Part shown: piece by piece, positions 13,340 to 26,250 of the stretch
Layout of the letters: each line of letters opens with the position of its first letter
Position numbering within the stretch: position 1 is the stretch's first letter
NCBI GenBank assembly: GCA_030324005.1
Contig: JARDVH010000193.1
Coordinates: 21,560,098 to 21,622,170, forward strand
DNA length: 62,073 nt
Reading direction: 5' to 3'
From: Negaprion brevirostris
Taxonomy: Eukaryota
Position numbers and translations under genes: made by a program
The notes under the pieces: generated by a model
Database searches by the model: none
The model's input: only the letters and a program-made list of their open reading frames with translations
Told to the model about the DNA's origin: nothing

Positions 13340-13540
13340 ATTGCGTGGGTTTCCTCTGGTTGCTCCGGTTTCCTCCCACAGTCCAAAAGATGTACTGGTT
13401 GCATGCATTGGCCATGTTAAATTCTCTCTCTGTGTACTCGAACAGGCATCGGAGCATGGCGACTAGGGGATTTTCACAGTAACTTCATTACAGTGTGAAT
13501 GTAAGCCTTCCTGTGACTAATAAATAAACTTTAACTTTAA
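13340..13540 (+). mobile_element. V-SINE with an alternative (non-HER1) tail, 5'-truncated
   Basis: V-domain gcgtgggtttcctc...tgctccggtttcctcccacagtccaaa, then tggcgactagggg...taataaataaactttaactttaa. Confidence 0.8.
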
Positions 13541-13689
13541 TAGTTTGTTTCAATAAATTAAAGCCTCAGGTGATAGAACTCTATCATTTTGTATGCATTA
13601 TCAAAACATTAGGCTGATTAACAGTGTGTAGTTTTCTTCCGTCCTTTCGAGTTATCTTTGCAACTTTTGTCAACATTTTTCTGAGAAAT

Positions 13690-14620
13690 TTTGATTTGAT
13701 TTGATTTATTATTGTCACATGTATTAGTATACAGTGAAAAGTATTGTTTCTTGTGCGCTATACAAAGCATATTGTTCATAGAGAAGGAAAGAAGAGGGTG
13801 CAGAATATAGTGTTACAGTCATAGCTGGGGTGTAGTGAAAGATCAACTTAATGCGAGGTTAGTCCATTCAAAAGTCTGATGGCAGCAAGAAAGAAACTGT
13901 TCTTGAATTGGTTGATACATNNNNNNNNNNNNNNNNNNNNNNNNNNNNNNNNNNNNNNNNNNNNNNNNNNNNNNNNNNNNNNNNNNNNNNNNNNNNNNNN
14001 NNNNNNNNNNNNNNNNNNNNGAGGCTGATTTGAGCGATGGACTGAACTTCATTCACGACCCTTTGTAGATTTTGTAGTATTGGACACAGCAGAAGCCACA
14101 CCAAAATCTGATATAACCATAAAGAATGCTTTTTATGGTGTATCTGTAAAAGTTGGTGAGACATGTCAAATTTCCTTTGTCTTCTAACAAAGTAGAAACG
14201 TTGATGGGTTTTCTTAATTATAGTGTCAGCATGAAGGGACCGGCACAGGTTGTTAGTGATCTGGACACCCAAAAATATGAAGCTCTTGACCATTTCTACT
14301 AAGGAGTATAGTAAGGGGCTGGGGACACAGCCTTGCAGAGCTCCGGTGTTGAGGACGAACGTGGAGGACGTGTTGTTGCTTATCCTTACTGATTGCAGTC
14401 TGTGGGTTAGGAAATTCAGGATGCACTCACAGAGGGAGGAGCCGAGCCCCAGGCCACGAAGTTTGGAGATGAGTTTTGCAGGAATAATGGTGTTGAAGGT
14501 TGAGCAGTAGTTTATAAATAGGTGTCTTTGCTATCCAGGTGTTCCAGTGTTGAGTGTAGGGCCAGAGAGATGGCATCTGCTGTGGACCTGTTGTGGTGGT
14601 AAGCGAACTGTAGTAGAACC
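13690..14620 (-). mobile_element. Rex1/Babar LINE 3' part (contains a 100-N gap)
   Basis: [15 protein letters not shown]...[26 protein letters not shown]-like and [18 protein letters not shown] motifs; (tttga)n tail. Confidence 0.8.
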
Positions 14621-14893
14621 AGGAATTTGTGCTCTTATTTCTTAAATTTGCCAAATATAATTTGAACCTACATATATAATATATGTGTATGCACCTCCCT
14701 GAAACAATGCACTAACTATACGTATTAAAGGAACACTAAGGGATTTCGGTGGAAATACTGACAACATATCCAAAGAAAGGTTTGCAGTTATAAGGTGTAT
14801 TTGCATAAAATGCTCACAGTTTGTCCAAAAATGCTTTCACTGCCAACTTAGATGGTGATTTTCCTCCTAAATGGAAGGATATTTTCATTTCAG

Positions 14894-15016
14894 GCTACTG
14901 GATGGGAAGAGTCTCTTGTACAACTGCAAACAGATTTTGCTTCCTACAAAGCCACACACAGCCATTCTGATGCAGATTACGATCTCCAGACTGCTCATCT
15001 TGAACAATTAAAGAAG
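14894..15016 (+). CDS. PMFBP1: Coiled-coil gene, internal exon A (123 nt, phase 0/0): ATGWEESLVQLQTDFASYKATHSHSDADYDLQTAHLEQLKK
   Basis: Acceptor ttttcatttcag, donor AAG|gtagga, open frame. LVQLQTDFASYKATH resembles human PMFBP1 LIKLQADFASCTATH (recalled, not searched). Confidence 0.8.
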
Positions 15017-15269
15017 GTAGGAAGATTTGTTCTTTTTTTCTCTTTTGCTGTAGACTAACACATGTTTGATGTTGTTTTGGGTGCTAGCTCTTAATGAAGA
15101 GCCATAAGTGGTCTGTGAACTATGGAGCATAATATGAAACTACTCATCTGCTTAAGAAACATTAATATTACATTAAGGAGAAATTTTTTCTGGCCTGTAT
15201 TAAAATATACACAAAGTCTTTGAAGTTACACTGTGAATGATCGCTCAAAGCATTAGTCTGAAATTATAT

Positions 15270-16800
15270 ATAATTACATAGATTCTACAGCAGAGAACTA
15301 GGCCCCCTCCCACTCTAATTACCTCTTGTCACTCTAATTAGCTCTTCCCATTTTGCTCAATATGGCTACTCTCTTATGTGTGCATCAAGCTTCCTCTTTA
15401 ATGCGTAAAATGCGATCTGCTTCAGCCACTCAGTGTGGCATCAAGTTCTATACATATTTTCATTGTTTTCTGTATAAACAAATTACCCCTCCCCCAGTTT
15501 CATTATTTGATCTCTTAGTGGTAGCTCATATTTATGCTACCTTATTCTGGAGTCACTGTGACATAAATCAATTTCTATCCTATCAGATCTTCATAATTCT
15601 AAACATCCCGACTCAGCCACCTTTTCCTCTCTCTCCAAGAGAAAAGCCCTCAATTCTGCTCAGTCTTTCTTCATAATTACACCCTGTTATCCTTCTAAAT
15701 CTTTGCTTCACTTTCTCCAGCGCTTCGGTACCCTTGTTGTAGTATGGAAACCAGCACTGCATATATATCTCTTTGCTCCTCTACCCCACTGAGTTCTTCA
15801 ATTTCCAACAAAAAAATGGCTTTCTTATTATACCTGGCCCCTGACTTCACACATCAAGAACTTTGTCATGAATATCTTGTGGTACCTGGTTGAAAGTACA
15901 TGGATTTATCTTCCACTTGCATTGCCATTGTCTACGTTTGCTGTTGTTTCTTCAAAGAACCCCCTAAGATTGGATAAACTTTCCTTTTGCAAATCCATGC
16001 TATTTTTATTGTATTCCACATCTCTAGATTTTTCATCTTATCTTTCATCTAAGATTCCAACCTCTTTTCTACCATTAATATTGTTAATTGATGGATTATT
16101 TATATCTTGTTTTTTGTGACAAGGATTTACTTACATTGGCTTTATACTAGTCTTCTCGCAGTATTGCTTTGTCTATTGAATTTGTCCTTAACATTATTTC
16201 TTTAGTGTCCATTTAATGTCCTCCTGTATCAATTTTTGTAGAACCATCTTGAAGATTTGCAGTGTTGTTATTTCATCTTTTTCCATCCCTTCAAGGAAAA
16301 TTAATATCTTTGTATTTCTGTATCATCGTCTTGGAATTTATCATACATCTCTCTCAGTGACCCTTACTATTCCTTTTGTGTTTATAGAATTCTTTATTGT
16401 TACATTCTTTCTTCATGTTTTCACTTTGCTTTCTTAATTCATTTGTTAACATCTTTCTTCAGCTCATCTTTTGGCATCCTTTCACTTAATGCTTACTTAT
16501 TTTTTGTTTGCCTCTTTTCTTTAAATGCAGTTTATTTTGCTTCTTCAGCAAACATGGCATTTCATAGTTTGTTTATTCATTTTTTAAGTGGAATATATTT
16601 CTCATGAGCTCTATGTATTCTTCTTTAAAGGTAGCCCACTCTTACGCAAGTTCTCCATCAATATTTTTAACCGATTTATCTCATTTAGCTCCATCCTCAT
16701 CTTCTGGAAGTTGGTTTTAATCCAATCAATTATTTTGGTTTCTGTACTGCCCATATCTCTCTTTCTTTATCTTCATTCTTATTAGATTCTGTTCACTATC
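15270..16800 (-). mobile_element. Highly degraded CR1 LINE
   Basis: Remnant CR1 3' tail and RT-like pieces; pyrimidine-rich + strand. Confidence 0.5.
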
Positions 16801-16984
16801 TCCCTAGTTGTTCTCTATGGCGGCAGTATATATTGTGATGCAAAACATCAGCCTAGATTTCCCTACATTCCTCCAATGATGCTGCTCCCCATTTATTCTG
16901 GGACCTTCTGAGCCTGGATTTCCAAGAAATGCAAAACGCAGCATCCCTCAGAGAGCTCCATTGCAGCAGAGTAGGGTCAGATAA

Positions 16985-19900
16985 ACAAAGGACAAAGAAA
17001 ATTACAGCTCAGGAACAGGACCTTCAGCCCTCCAAGCCTGCACTGACCANNNNNNNNNNNNNNNNNNNNNNNNNNNNNNNNNNNNNNNNNNNNNNNNNNN
17101 NNNNNNNNNNNNNNNNNNNNNNNNNNNNNNNNNNNNNNNNNNNNNNNNNNNNNNNNNNNNNNNNNNNNNNNNNNNNNNNNNNNNNNNNNNNNNNNNNNNN
17201 NNNNNNNNNNNNNNNNNNNNNNNNNNNNNNNNNNNNNNNNNNNNNNNNNNNNNNNNNNNNNNNNNNNNNNNNNNNNNNNNNNNNNNTCATAATCTTATAG
17301 ACTTTTACCGGGTTGTCCCTCAACATTGAGAACAAACTAAGTTTCTCCAACCTCTCCTCATAGCTAATGCCCTCCATACCAAGTAACGTTCTGGTAAATC
17401 CTTTCTGTATCCTCTCCAAAACCTCCATATCCTCCTGGTAACGTGGCGACCAGAATTGAACACTATATTCCAAGTGTCCAAGTGCGGCCTAAGATTCTAT
17501 AAAGCTGCAACATGACTTGCCAATTTTTAAACTCAATGCCACAGCCAATGAAGGCAAGCATGCCATGTGCCTTCTTCACTACCTTCTCCACCTGTGTTGC
17601 CACTTTCAGCGACCTGTGTACCTGTACACCCACATTCTTCTCCCTATCATTACTTTTGAGGGTTCTGCCATTTACTATATATCTCCTATCTGTTTTAGAT
17701 CTTCCAAAATGTATTACCTCACATTTGTCTGAATTAAACTCCATCTGCCGTCCCTCCACCCAAGTCTCCAACTGATCTATATCCTGCTGTATCCTCTGAT
17801 GGTCCTCATCACTATCCGCAAATCCACCAACTTTGTGTCATCTGCAAAGTTACTATCAAACCAGTTCCATCCAAATCATTTATCTATATTACAAACAGCA
17901 AAGGTTCTAGCGCTGATCCCTGAGGAACACCACTTGTCACAACCCTCGACTCAGAAATGCACCTTTCCACTCCTACCCTCTCTCTTCTATGACCAAGCCA
18001 GTTCTGTATCTATTTTACCAGCTCACCTCTGATTCCATGCGACTTCACCTTCTGCACCAATCTGCCATGAGGAACCTTGTCAAAGGCCTTACTGAAGTCC
18101 ATGTAGACAACATCCATTGCCCTACCTTCATTAATCATCTTCGTCACTTCCTCGAAAAACTCGATCAAGTTAGTGAGACATGACCTCCCCTTCACAAAAA
18201 CATGTTGCCTCTCGCTAATATGTCCACTTATTTCCAAATCTCAAAGAACCCTATCCAGTAATTTCCCTACCACTGATGTAAGGCTCACCGGCCTGCAATT
18301 ACCTGGATTATTCTTGCTATCCTTCTTAAACAAAGGAACAACATTGGCTATTCTCCAGTCCCCTGGGACCTCCCCTGTAGCCAGTGGGTATATCTCTCAA
18401 GGCTCCAGCAATTTCCTCCCTGGCCTCTCTCAGTATTCTGGGTATATCCCATCAGACCCTGAGGACTTGTTTACTTTACTGTTTCTCAAGAACCCCAATA
18501 CCACCTCCTTTTTGATCTCAACTTCTACTACCCTTTCCCAGACACATCATCCACTAAATCCTTCTCTTTGGTGAATACTAACGCAAAGTACTCATTTAAT
18601 ACCTCATGCATTTTCTTTGGCTCCACACATAGATCCCCTCCCCTGTCCTTAAGGATAGGGCTCCCTCCCCGGCTACCTTCTTGTTCTTTATATATGTATA
18701 AAAAGCCTTGGGATTTTCCTTAATCCTGCTGGCCAATGATTTTTCATGACCCCTTTTAGTCCTCCTTACTCCTTCCTTAAGTTTCTTTCTACTTACCTTG
18801 TATTCCACACTTGCTTTGTATGTTCCCAGTCTCCTAGCCTTAACAAATGCTTCCTTTTTCTCTGTGACTAAGTTCACAATATTTCTCATTATCCAAGGTT
18901 CCCAAAACTTGCCATACTTATCCTACATCCTTGCAGGAATGTGCTGGTCCTGAATCCCTATGAACTTACATTTGAAAGCTTCTCATATGCCAGATGTTGA
19001 TTAAGTTTAAAGTTTATTTATTGAACTTCACTATTAAAAAGCACCAAAATTGATAACCCATTCATTACATTTAAATTCCTTCAGCTGTTTTATCCCTCAA
19101 TTAAAATAAACAATTTCTCAAGTACCTAATCCCTCACCTCTTTTACATCCCCCTCTATCCTGCCTGAAACATTTGTATCCTGGCACATTAAGCTATCAAT
19201 CCTGTCTCTGTCTCTGTAATAGCAACGACATCATAGTTCCAAGTACTGATCCAAGCTCTAAGTTCATCTGCCTTACCTGTTACACTTCTCGCATTGGAAC
19301 AAATGCACTTCAGTGCAGCAGACCTTCTTTGATTAGCAACCACACTCTGCTTGCTCTTCCTCTGAGTCTTACTGGTCCTACTCTCTGGTTCCCCTTCAGT
19401 TAATTCACCTTTGCTTTGGTTCCCCTGCCTTGCCAAACTAGTTTAAATCCTCCCATGTGACACTAGCAAACTTCTCGGCCAAAATTTGTATGCCCTTCCA
19501 GTTTAGATGCAACCTACCTTTCCTGTGCAGGTCCCACCTGCCCCGGAAGAGATCCCAACGGTCCAGTTATCTGAAGCCCTTCCTTCTACGCCAGCTGTTT
19601 AGCCACATGTTGAGCTGGACTATCTTTCTGTTTTTAGCCTTACTGGCATTGAGGACCTGCTTTTTAACTTTCTACCAAACTCCTTAAACTGCTGCTGCAG
19701 GACCTCATCATTCTTCCTACCTATGTTGTTAGTACCAATATGTACCATGACCTCTGGCTCTGTACCCTCTCCCTTCAGAATGCTTTCTGCCCGTTCAGAA
19801 ATATCCTGGACCCTGGCACATATCATCCTGGGGTCTCTTTCACATCCACAGAAGCACCTATCTGCACCCCAAACTACAAGAGTCCCCTATAATTCTGGCT

Positions 19901-20165
19901 CTGGTGTTCTTTGTCCCCCTGCCGCTTAACAACGGAGCCAGCCAAGGTGCCACTGCTCTGACTACTGCTGCTGTTATCCCCTGGCAGGCCATCCCTCCCA
20001 ACAAAATCCAAAATGGCATACTTGTTAAAGAGGGGGACAACCACAGGAGTTTCCTTCATTGACTGCCCGCCGTGTAGTGGTCACTCATCTATCTGCCTGC
20101 AGCTTGGGTGTGACCATGTCGCTAATGCTCCTATCTATGACGCTTTCTGCCACCTTCATGCTCCT
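16985..20165 (-). mobile_element. Near full-length, internally deleted CR1/HER1 LINE with esterase ORF1, endonuclease and RT
   Basis: ORF1 VMVHIGTNNIGRK (SGNH esterase); EN LKCICSNARS...YDVVAITET; RT GRSCLTNLIEFFEEV...DVVYMDFSKAFDKVPH; EYSVQFWSP. Many frameshifts. Confidence 0.92.
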
Positions 20166-20244
20166 TCATGAAAGACAAGACATGTCCCTTTTTTACTGCA
20201 CTAGCTGCCCTCTGCTAAGTTTAATGGTCAAGAATGAATGTTAC

Positions 20245-20400
20245 TGAATGGGTGAATGGATAAATGGACGAATGAGTGAATGGGTGGGATGATAAGATGG
20301 GTAGGTAAGTGTGTCGGGTTGGTGAGGTGAGTGAGGTGGCAGCTGGGTAGTGTGGCAGGTGGGTAAGATGGCAGGTGGATAGGGTGCAGGACTGGCATGG
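20245..20400. repeat. Degenerate (TGGG/TGAA/GTGA)n low-complexity tract
   Basis: gaatgggtgaatggataaatggacgaatgagtgaatgggtggg... Confidence 0.7.
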
Positions 20401-20409
20401 TTTCATGCC

Positions 20410-20810
20410 TGTTTAAGAGGCAAGTTCTCAGAGGATCATTGACCCAGTCTGGACCACAGCACAAGAATCCTGGGACTGAGCGTGGATTTTCCTTGCCAGT
20501 TAGGAGTCTGGAGTTGTGGAATATGATAGCCTTTATATCACTCTTTGTACCTGATTACTTACCTTAATAAACCGTTCATTTGTTAATCTACTTAGTGGTC
20601 TTTGCAAGAAACTACATTTGGTGATGAGGATCAGTTAGACTGCCTTCCAACTGCTGCAGAAATCAGGAGAGCAGACCTCTTGTGGAAGCCTTTTTGAGGC
20701 AAACTCATTCAGCAGTCTGTGAGTGTCAAAATGCCCTTTTTGGGAAACTGGACCTTTTTGTCCCTAACACGGAGCAATATGTCGACTGCCTGTCTAATAT
20801 TTTTTTGAAG
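20410..20810 (+). mobile_element. Gypsy LTR retrotransposon 5' remnant: LTR end, PBS and gag start
   Basis: aataaa, then LTR end ...actaca (20616), PBS-like tggtgatgaggat (20619-20631; cf. tRNA-Ser PBS TGGCGACGAGGAT), then ATG at 20731 and a GKLDLF gag-like start. Confidence 0.65.
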
Positions 20811-21487
20811 CTGTTGAAATCTGGGGAAAAAGGAAAGTAATCCTAGTAACAGCCTATTAATGCAAAATTCAGCTGCAGAAGCTCCTGATATAGCAGCTAC
20901 CATCAGGCAAGTATTCTTGGTAAAATGTCTACTTGAAAAATGTTAATTTTCTGAAATCATTTTAGAGATAGTTAGACACAATGGGTGGGAGGGTTGCTGA
21001 AATGGGGGGCAGTAGGGTGTTGAGGGCTAGATGGGTAATGAGACAGAAGCATGGTTGGGGAATAGGGGAAGTAGGCTAGCTTGGGAGGTAGTTGCGGTGA
21101 GTTATGGGGCGGGTGTTGTGTTACGGAGGTGGGTCAGCCTGTTCGTTTAAATAAAATAATGAGACCCTACCATTAAATTTATTGTTGATTGACTCTTTTG
21201 TCACTTTTTGTGTGCTTACAATCTTTCCATATAAATATCTGGGCGTTATAGAGTCAAACAGCTGTCTGGTACAAACTAAAATACTCTTATTTCCTCACAT
21301 TTCATTCCCTTTTTTTGCTGCTTTATTTCAAGTTCATTAAGATCCTCCATAGTTATGATTTATTTGTAAATTTAATGTCTTTCTCCAATACTTTGTGGAA
21401 GCTAAATAAGTTGAAAAAAAAAGTAGCAGAGAAAGGAAGTTTTGACAAATGCAGTAAACGTTTGTGATCCAGTATCTCATAGTACTT

Positions 21488-21581
21488 TAGAAAATACTGA
21501 ATAAACTCAGCAAGTCTGTCAGCACCTGCGGAGAGAAATGAAGTTAACATTTTGAATCTAAATGATCCTTCTACAGAACTG
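21488..21581 (-). mobile_element. Penelope-like terminal repeat fragment
   Basis: Minus strand cagttctgtagaaggatcatttagattcaaaatgttaac...gacttgctgagt, homologous to 9441-9541. Confidence 0.55.
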
Positions 21582-22214
21582 TGACTTTTGTTTTTGCTTT
21601 AGTGGCTCATAGTATAATTTCAAGCACTATATACATGATATTCCCCACTTAGGAGGCTTTATGAAGAGCCCTAAATGAAGATCTGCCTCTCAGTTCCTTT
21701 CAATTACAAAATGTATGTACCTGACTGCAAACTACATTATGAATATTTCATGAATCCTTCCATTTCCAAGTCTTTTTGAACTTCTGACACAAGCAAGAGA
21801 TAACAGTAGCATAAAAACAATCAGCATGATGAGACTGTATTGACCCCACAGCCTGTGGCAGAAACCCAGTGTAGGTTTTAGACAGAGAGAAACTGTTGCC
21901 TTTGTTTCTTCAGATCTCTAGCAAAATTGCAAATATTCTGCAGCAGAGATCACTAACCAGGTGCACATTCATGGAATCAAGTCCCTTTCTGTTAAGTGTT
22001 GCTGGCCGGTTTTCTGGTGCTTGGATTTCTGCATGCATGCAGATAGATTAAAAATCAGCCTGTGCAGTTTTACCTCTACTATAGCCCTTGAGTCTTTGCA
22101 CATCTCCATTATAAAATTTCTGCATCTGCTAACATTCAGGTTTGGGCAGATAAGTGATTGGTATCACTCTTGCTACAGGTAATAATCAGCTTCTCTAAGA
22201 AAAGTCCTACTATC

Positions 22215-22870
22215 TGCCCCTTCAGTGGAACCACAATCGCTGAGCTCATACTAATGCGTTAATGGGGTCATCATTAATTCCAATCCGAGCTAACCAACCA
22301 TATCAACCTCAAAGCTACAAGAGTAGGGTATACTACATAGCAATTAGCCCCAACTGCGCAAAGCCTATCCAGCATCTATAAGGCTAAGTCACAAAAGTAA
22401 TGGAATACTCTCCTCTTGCCTGGATGGGTGCAGCTCCAACAATACTCAAGAAGCTGGATACAATCCAGGATAAAGCACCCCATTGCACAATCATTCACTC
22501 CCTTTACCATCAAGTCACAATGGCAGCAGTATATCTATCTACAACAACTCACCAAAGCTCCTTTGACAGTGCCTTCCAAATCCACAATCTCTAGAGGGCA
22601 AGGGCAGCAGATGTATAGGAACACCCCCACCTGCAAGTTCTCCTCCAAGTCATACAACATCTTGACTTGGAACTATATCACCATTCCTTCATTGTCACTG
22701 GGTCAAAATCCTGGAACTCCCTCCTTAACAACACTGTGTGTGTTCCTACAACACATGGACTGCTGTCGTTCAAAAAGGCAACTTACCACCACTTTCTCAA
22801 AGACAGTTAGGGATGAGCAATAAATATTGGGATAATTAGGGGCGTTCACACCCCATGACCAAATAAAAAA
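22215..22870 (+). mobile_element. LINE family B 3' end
   Basis: MEYSPLAWMGAAPTILKKLDTIQDKA and tail ...ttagggatgagcaataaata...aaataaaaaa. Confidence 0.8.
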
Positions 22871-22949
22871 GTATTCACCATAAATGTGGATGAGACAGAG
22901 TGACCTCATTCTGGGGTCTGACTTGCTCAGCAGTAATATCCGCTGGAGT

Positions 22950-24330
22950 CGTAACAAATTCTGGGGGCTCTGGCAGCATCAAAGTTCTTCATTCAGTTGG
23001 AATTTGTAAATCAAAAGGATTTGAGGAGAATCTGGAACTTGGATGTTTTGTGTTGAGAGATTTTAAAGTGATTGGACTGCAATGTGGCTTTAGCAGTTGC
23101 TAAGACTGGAAATGGAACATGTAACTGTGGAGTATTTGGAATCTTTGGCTAAGGCTCAGTTGAGTGTGTTAGCAGCTAAATTTGATTTGATTTGATTTAT
23201 TATTGTCAAATATATTAGTATACAGTGAAAAGTTTTGTTTTTTGCACACTATACAGACAGAGCATACCGTTCATTGAGAAGGAAAGGAGAGTACAGAGTG
23301 TAGTGTTACAGTCATAGCTAATGTGTAGAGAAAGATCAGCTTAGTGTGAGGTAGGTCCATTCAAAAGTCTGATAACAACAAGGAAGAAGCTGTTCTTGAG
23401 TCAGTCAGTATGTGTCTTCAGACTTTTGTATCTTTCTCCCGACAGAAGGAGGTAGAACAGAGTATGTCCGGGGTGCGTGGGGTCCTTGATTATACTGGCT
23501 GTTTTTCCATGGCAGTGAAAAATGCAGAGAGAGTCAATGGATTGGGGGCTGCTTTGCATGACGGACTGGGCTTCATTCATGACCCTTTGTAGTTTCTTGC
23601 GGTCTTGGGCAGAGCAGGAGCAGTACCAAGTTATGATGCAACCAGAAAGAATGCTTTCTATGGTGCATCTGTAGAAGTTAGTGAGAGTCAGATAGAAAGT
23701 ACAGGTGTAAATAAAAGTGCAATTTCATACAGTAGATATAGTTAAAGTACATACGCAACAGTTAAAATGAGAGGTGGAAACAGCTAGAATCACACAGTTA
23801 GAGCTCGTAAGACTTCAGCTGCAAATGAAGCAGCTTGATATAGAAAAACGAATGGAACTGAAAAGACTTGCACTGGAAGTAAAAGAAAAGGAAAGTGAAA
23901 TGAAAACATTTGAACTGGAAGAAAAAGAAATGAAAAAACTTGAAAAAGACAAGGGCAAATTAAAAGAAAAAGGAATGAAAAAGCTTCAGTAGGAAAGAGG
24001 AGTAAGAAAAGGAAAAAAATACAAGAAATAGAAATATGAAAGCTTGAACTTTAGGGAGAAGTTAGCAAATAAGGAGAGGAAGAAGGATACAGATAGAAAG
24101 CTCCAGAGAGAAAAAGAAGCCAAACAATATGAACTGTTTAAAGTGAAGCTTAGAACAAAGGAGGGATAGTGATTCAGGTGGTGACTTTGATTCCTTTAAG
24201 GAATTAGCTTTAACTAAGAATCTTGGTTTAGTATCTAAATTTGGTTGGAGTTGAAAGTTTTCTTACCTCATTTAAAAAGATAGCTATGAGATTGAATTGA
24301 CCAAGAGATGCTTGGACTATAATGGGCCAT
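22950..24330 (+). mobile_element. Gypsy (Gmr1-like) gag remnant interrupted by Rex1
   Basis: LTR-like end gtcgtaaca, partial tRNA-Pro PBS tgggggctc (22962-22970), E/K coiled coil LELVRLQLQMKQL, then LVSKF...ESFLTSFKKIAMRLN*PRDAW. Confidence 0.65.
23180..23690 (-). mobile_element. Rex1/Babar LINE 3' end
   Basis: Closely similar to 13690-14165, with the same tttgatttgatttgatttattattgtca tail. Confidence 0.85.
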
Positions 24331-24659
24331 AACTTCCTGGTTCTCCAGCGTTTCATTTGGGGAGTGCCCCAGTGATGCACTGGGTATTCCCTCCAGGAAG
24401 TTCACTCGGAAAGGTTTATCCAGCATTGTCCAGAATGGTGAACTTCCCTTGGACAATTGCACTGGTTGGGAACAAAGCGATTTGAATTGCTAACCTCAGA
24501 TGGTTCTGCCAGTTTTACCCTGGTAGTTACTTTGAGTCAGAAGGAAAAAAAACACTCTAACCTCAGCTCAACTATTTTAAACACCCAGACCGAGCCCCGC
24601 ATGGTATACCCCCAACCCCCCATGGAAATTTGTCAAAATTTTGAGGGATACAGATGCAG

Positions 24660-24825
24660 CAGAATGGCATAGGCGTTAGCAAGGCTGCCTACAGCACCCA
24701 GGAAGCCGCGTTCGATTCTAACATTGTGTGGAATTTGCACATTCTGCCTGCATCTGTGTGAGTTTTCTCTGAGTGCATCCGTTTCCCCCCCACAGTCCAA
24801 AGTTGTGCAGGTTAGGTGGATTTCA
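24660..24825 (+). mobile_element. V-SINE 5' part (tRNA head and V-domain)
   Basis: tggcataggcgttagc...gttcgattc...ccgtttcccccc-cacagtccaaag. Confidence 0.65.
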
Positions 24826-25699
24826 GGTGCATCCTGCATTTCTGGACAAACCAGGATTGAAAATCCCAACCAGAAATGCAGAACTCCAGTGTGACACAGG
24901 AAAGTAGGAGCAGAGTGGCAATTTGACACTGATTGCCACTCTTCAGAAGCCCTAGGCTAAAGCTTCAGAGGATTTGGCCCCCAGTCATGCAATTCACAGA
25001 ACGACTGGCATGTAGCAACACCCCAGCACTCTTCAACCAAACTCCCTTGGACAAGCTGAAGGCTAATGGAGTAAACCCTGATTTAAAAAATTCTGGAGTG
25101 GAACCCAAAGGTGGTGTGATGTCTAAATATGTCATCATTCCAGCAACTCCTGAATTCAAACTAGTGCCAAGTGTTGCACTTTGCATTCCTTTTGACTCAA
25201 CTGGAAAGTCTAGAGGGGGTTCCTAACCTTTCAGAAACCCTTCTTACATCCTCCTTACATTTTGCCCAGGCTTTCTTCTCGGAGATTTTGCTTCATAGCA
25301 TTAAAATAACATAGTGGACAAGCTTAATGTACAGTTGACTAGTGACCACAAAACAAACCATCGTCTTACAAAATGGAAGGCTCCACGTATTACTTATTAT
25401 TGTTATATTTACTTGCTGTTCTAAAGTTAAAATCACCTCCTTTTGAGATGCCCTTCAACATAATTTTTAATCAATATATTCTCTTCCTAAGTATTTTTTA
25501 AACTCTAAACCATTTTTATTCATTTTATTTTCTATGTCTCACTATTTATTTTATAGATCAGTGCCTGATTTTAACACTGTATAAGTGAATGTGCTTTGAG
25601 TGCATTAAAATCAAATCTCCAGGGCCTCTAGGAAACAAAATAGGACAAATGGTTTGTTATCTTTTTGAGTGGCAGAACCTCATCATCAATTTCTAACTT

Positions 25700-26250
25700 T
25701 GGGCATCTCCATTAATCTCCTTTTAACCTTCTCTGAGGAGAACAGTGCCACCTTCTTTAGTCTCTCATTCTTGGTTTCATTCCATTAAGTGATACCTCCA
25801 AAACTTTGACATTGTTCCGAAAGATTCACACCCAGAAGTGAATATAATACTCTAGCTAAGATCTACCAATTATTTATAAAAGTGCAGCATAACTTTGTAG
25901 CTGCTATCCTCCCATTCATGAAGCTAAGGTTTCTAAATCATTTCTTGAGCAACTTTATCAACTTGTCCAGTCAGCCTCAAAGATTTATGTACATAAATCC
26001 CCAAGTTTCTCTACTCCAAAACCCCCTTTAAAATCGCACCATTTGGTTTATATTGTCTTTCTTTTTTCTTTTTCCCAAATTCACCAGTCATTTCATCAGT
26101 CTGTCCACATTCTTTTGAATTCTGCTATTTTCCTCACAGTTTACTACATTCCCAAGTTTTGTTCATTTACAAACTGTGAAATTCTGTTTCTCTACCTACA
26201 TCTAAGCATCGATCTTAAACCCAACCCTCGGGAAAATGTTACTTTAGATT
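25700..26250 (-). mobile_element. Degraded CR1 LINE fragment
   Basis: Patchy late-ORF2 similarity to the other CR1 copies. Confidence 0.45.

Noticed and set aside
23774-23992. Extra exon of the coiled-coil gene
   Set aside because: Gypsy PBS/gag context, no convincing splice sites, and exons A and B already join in phase.
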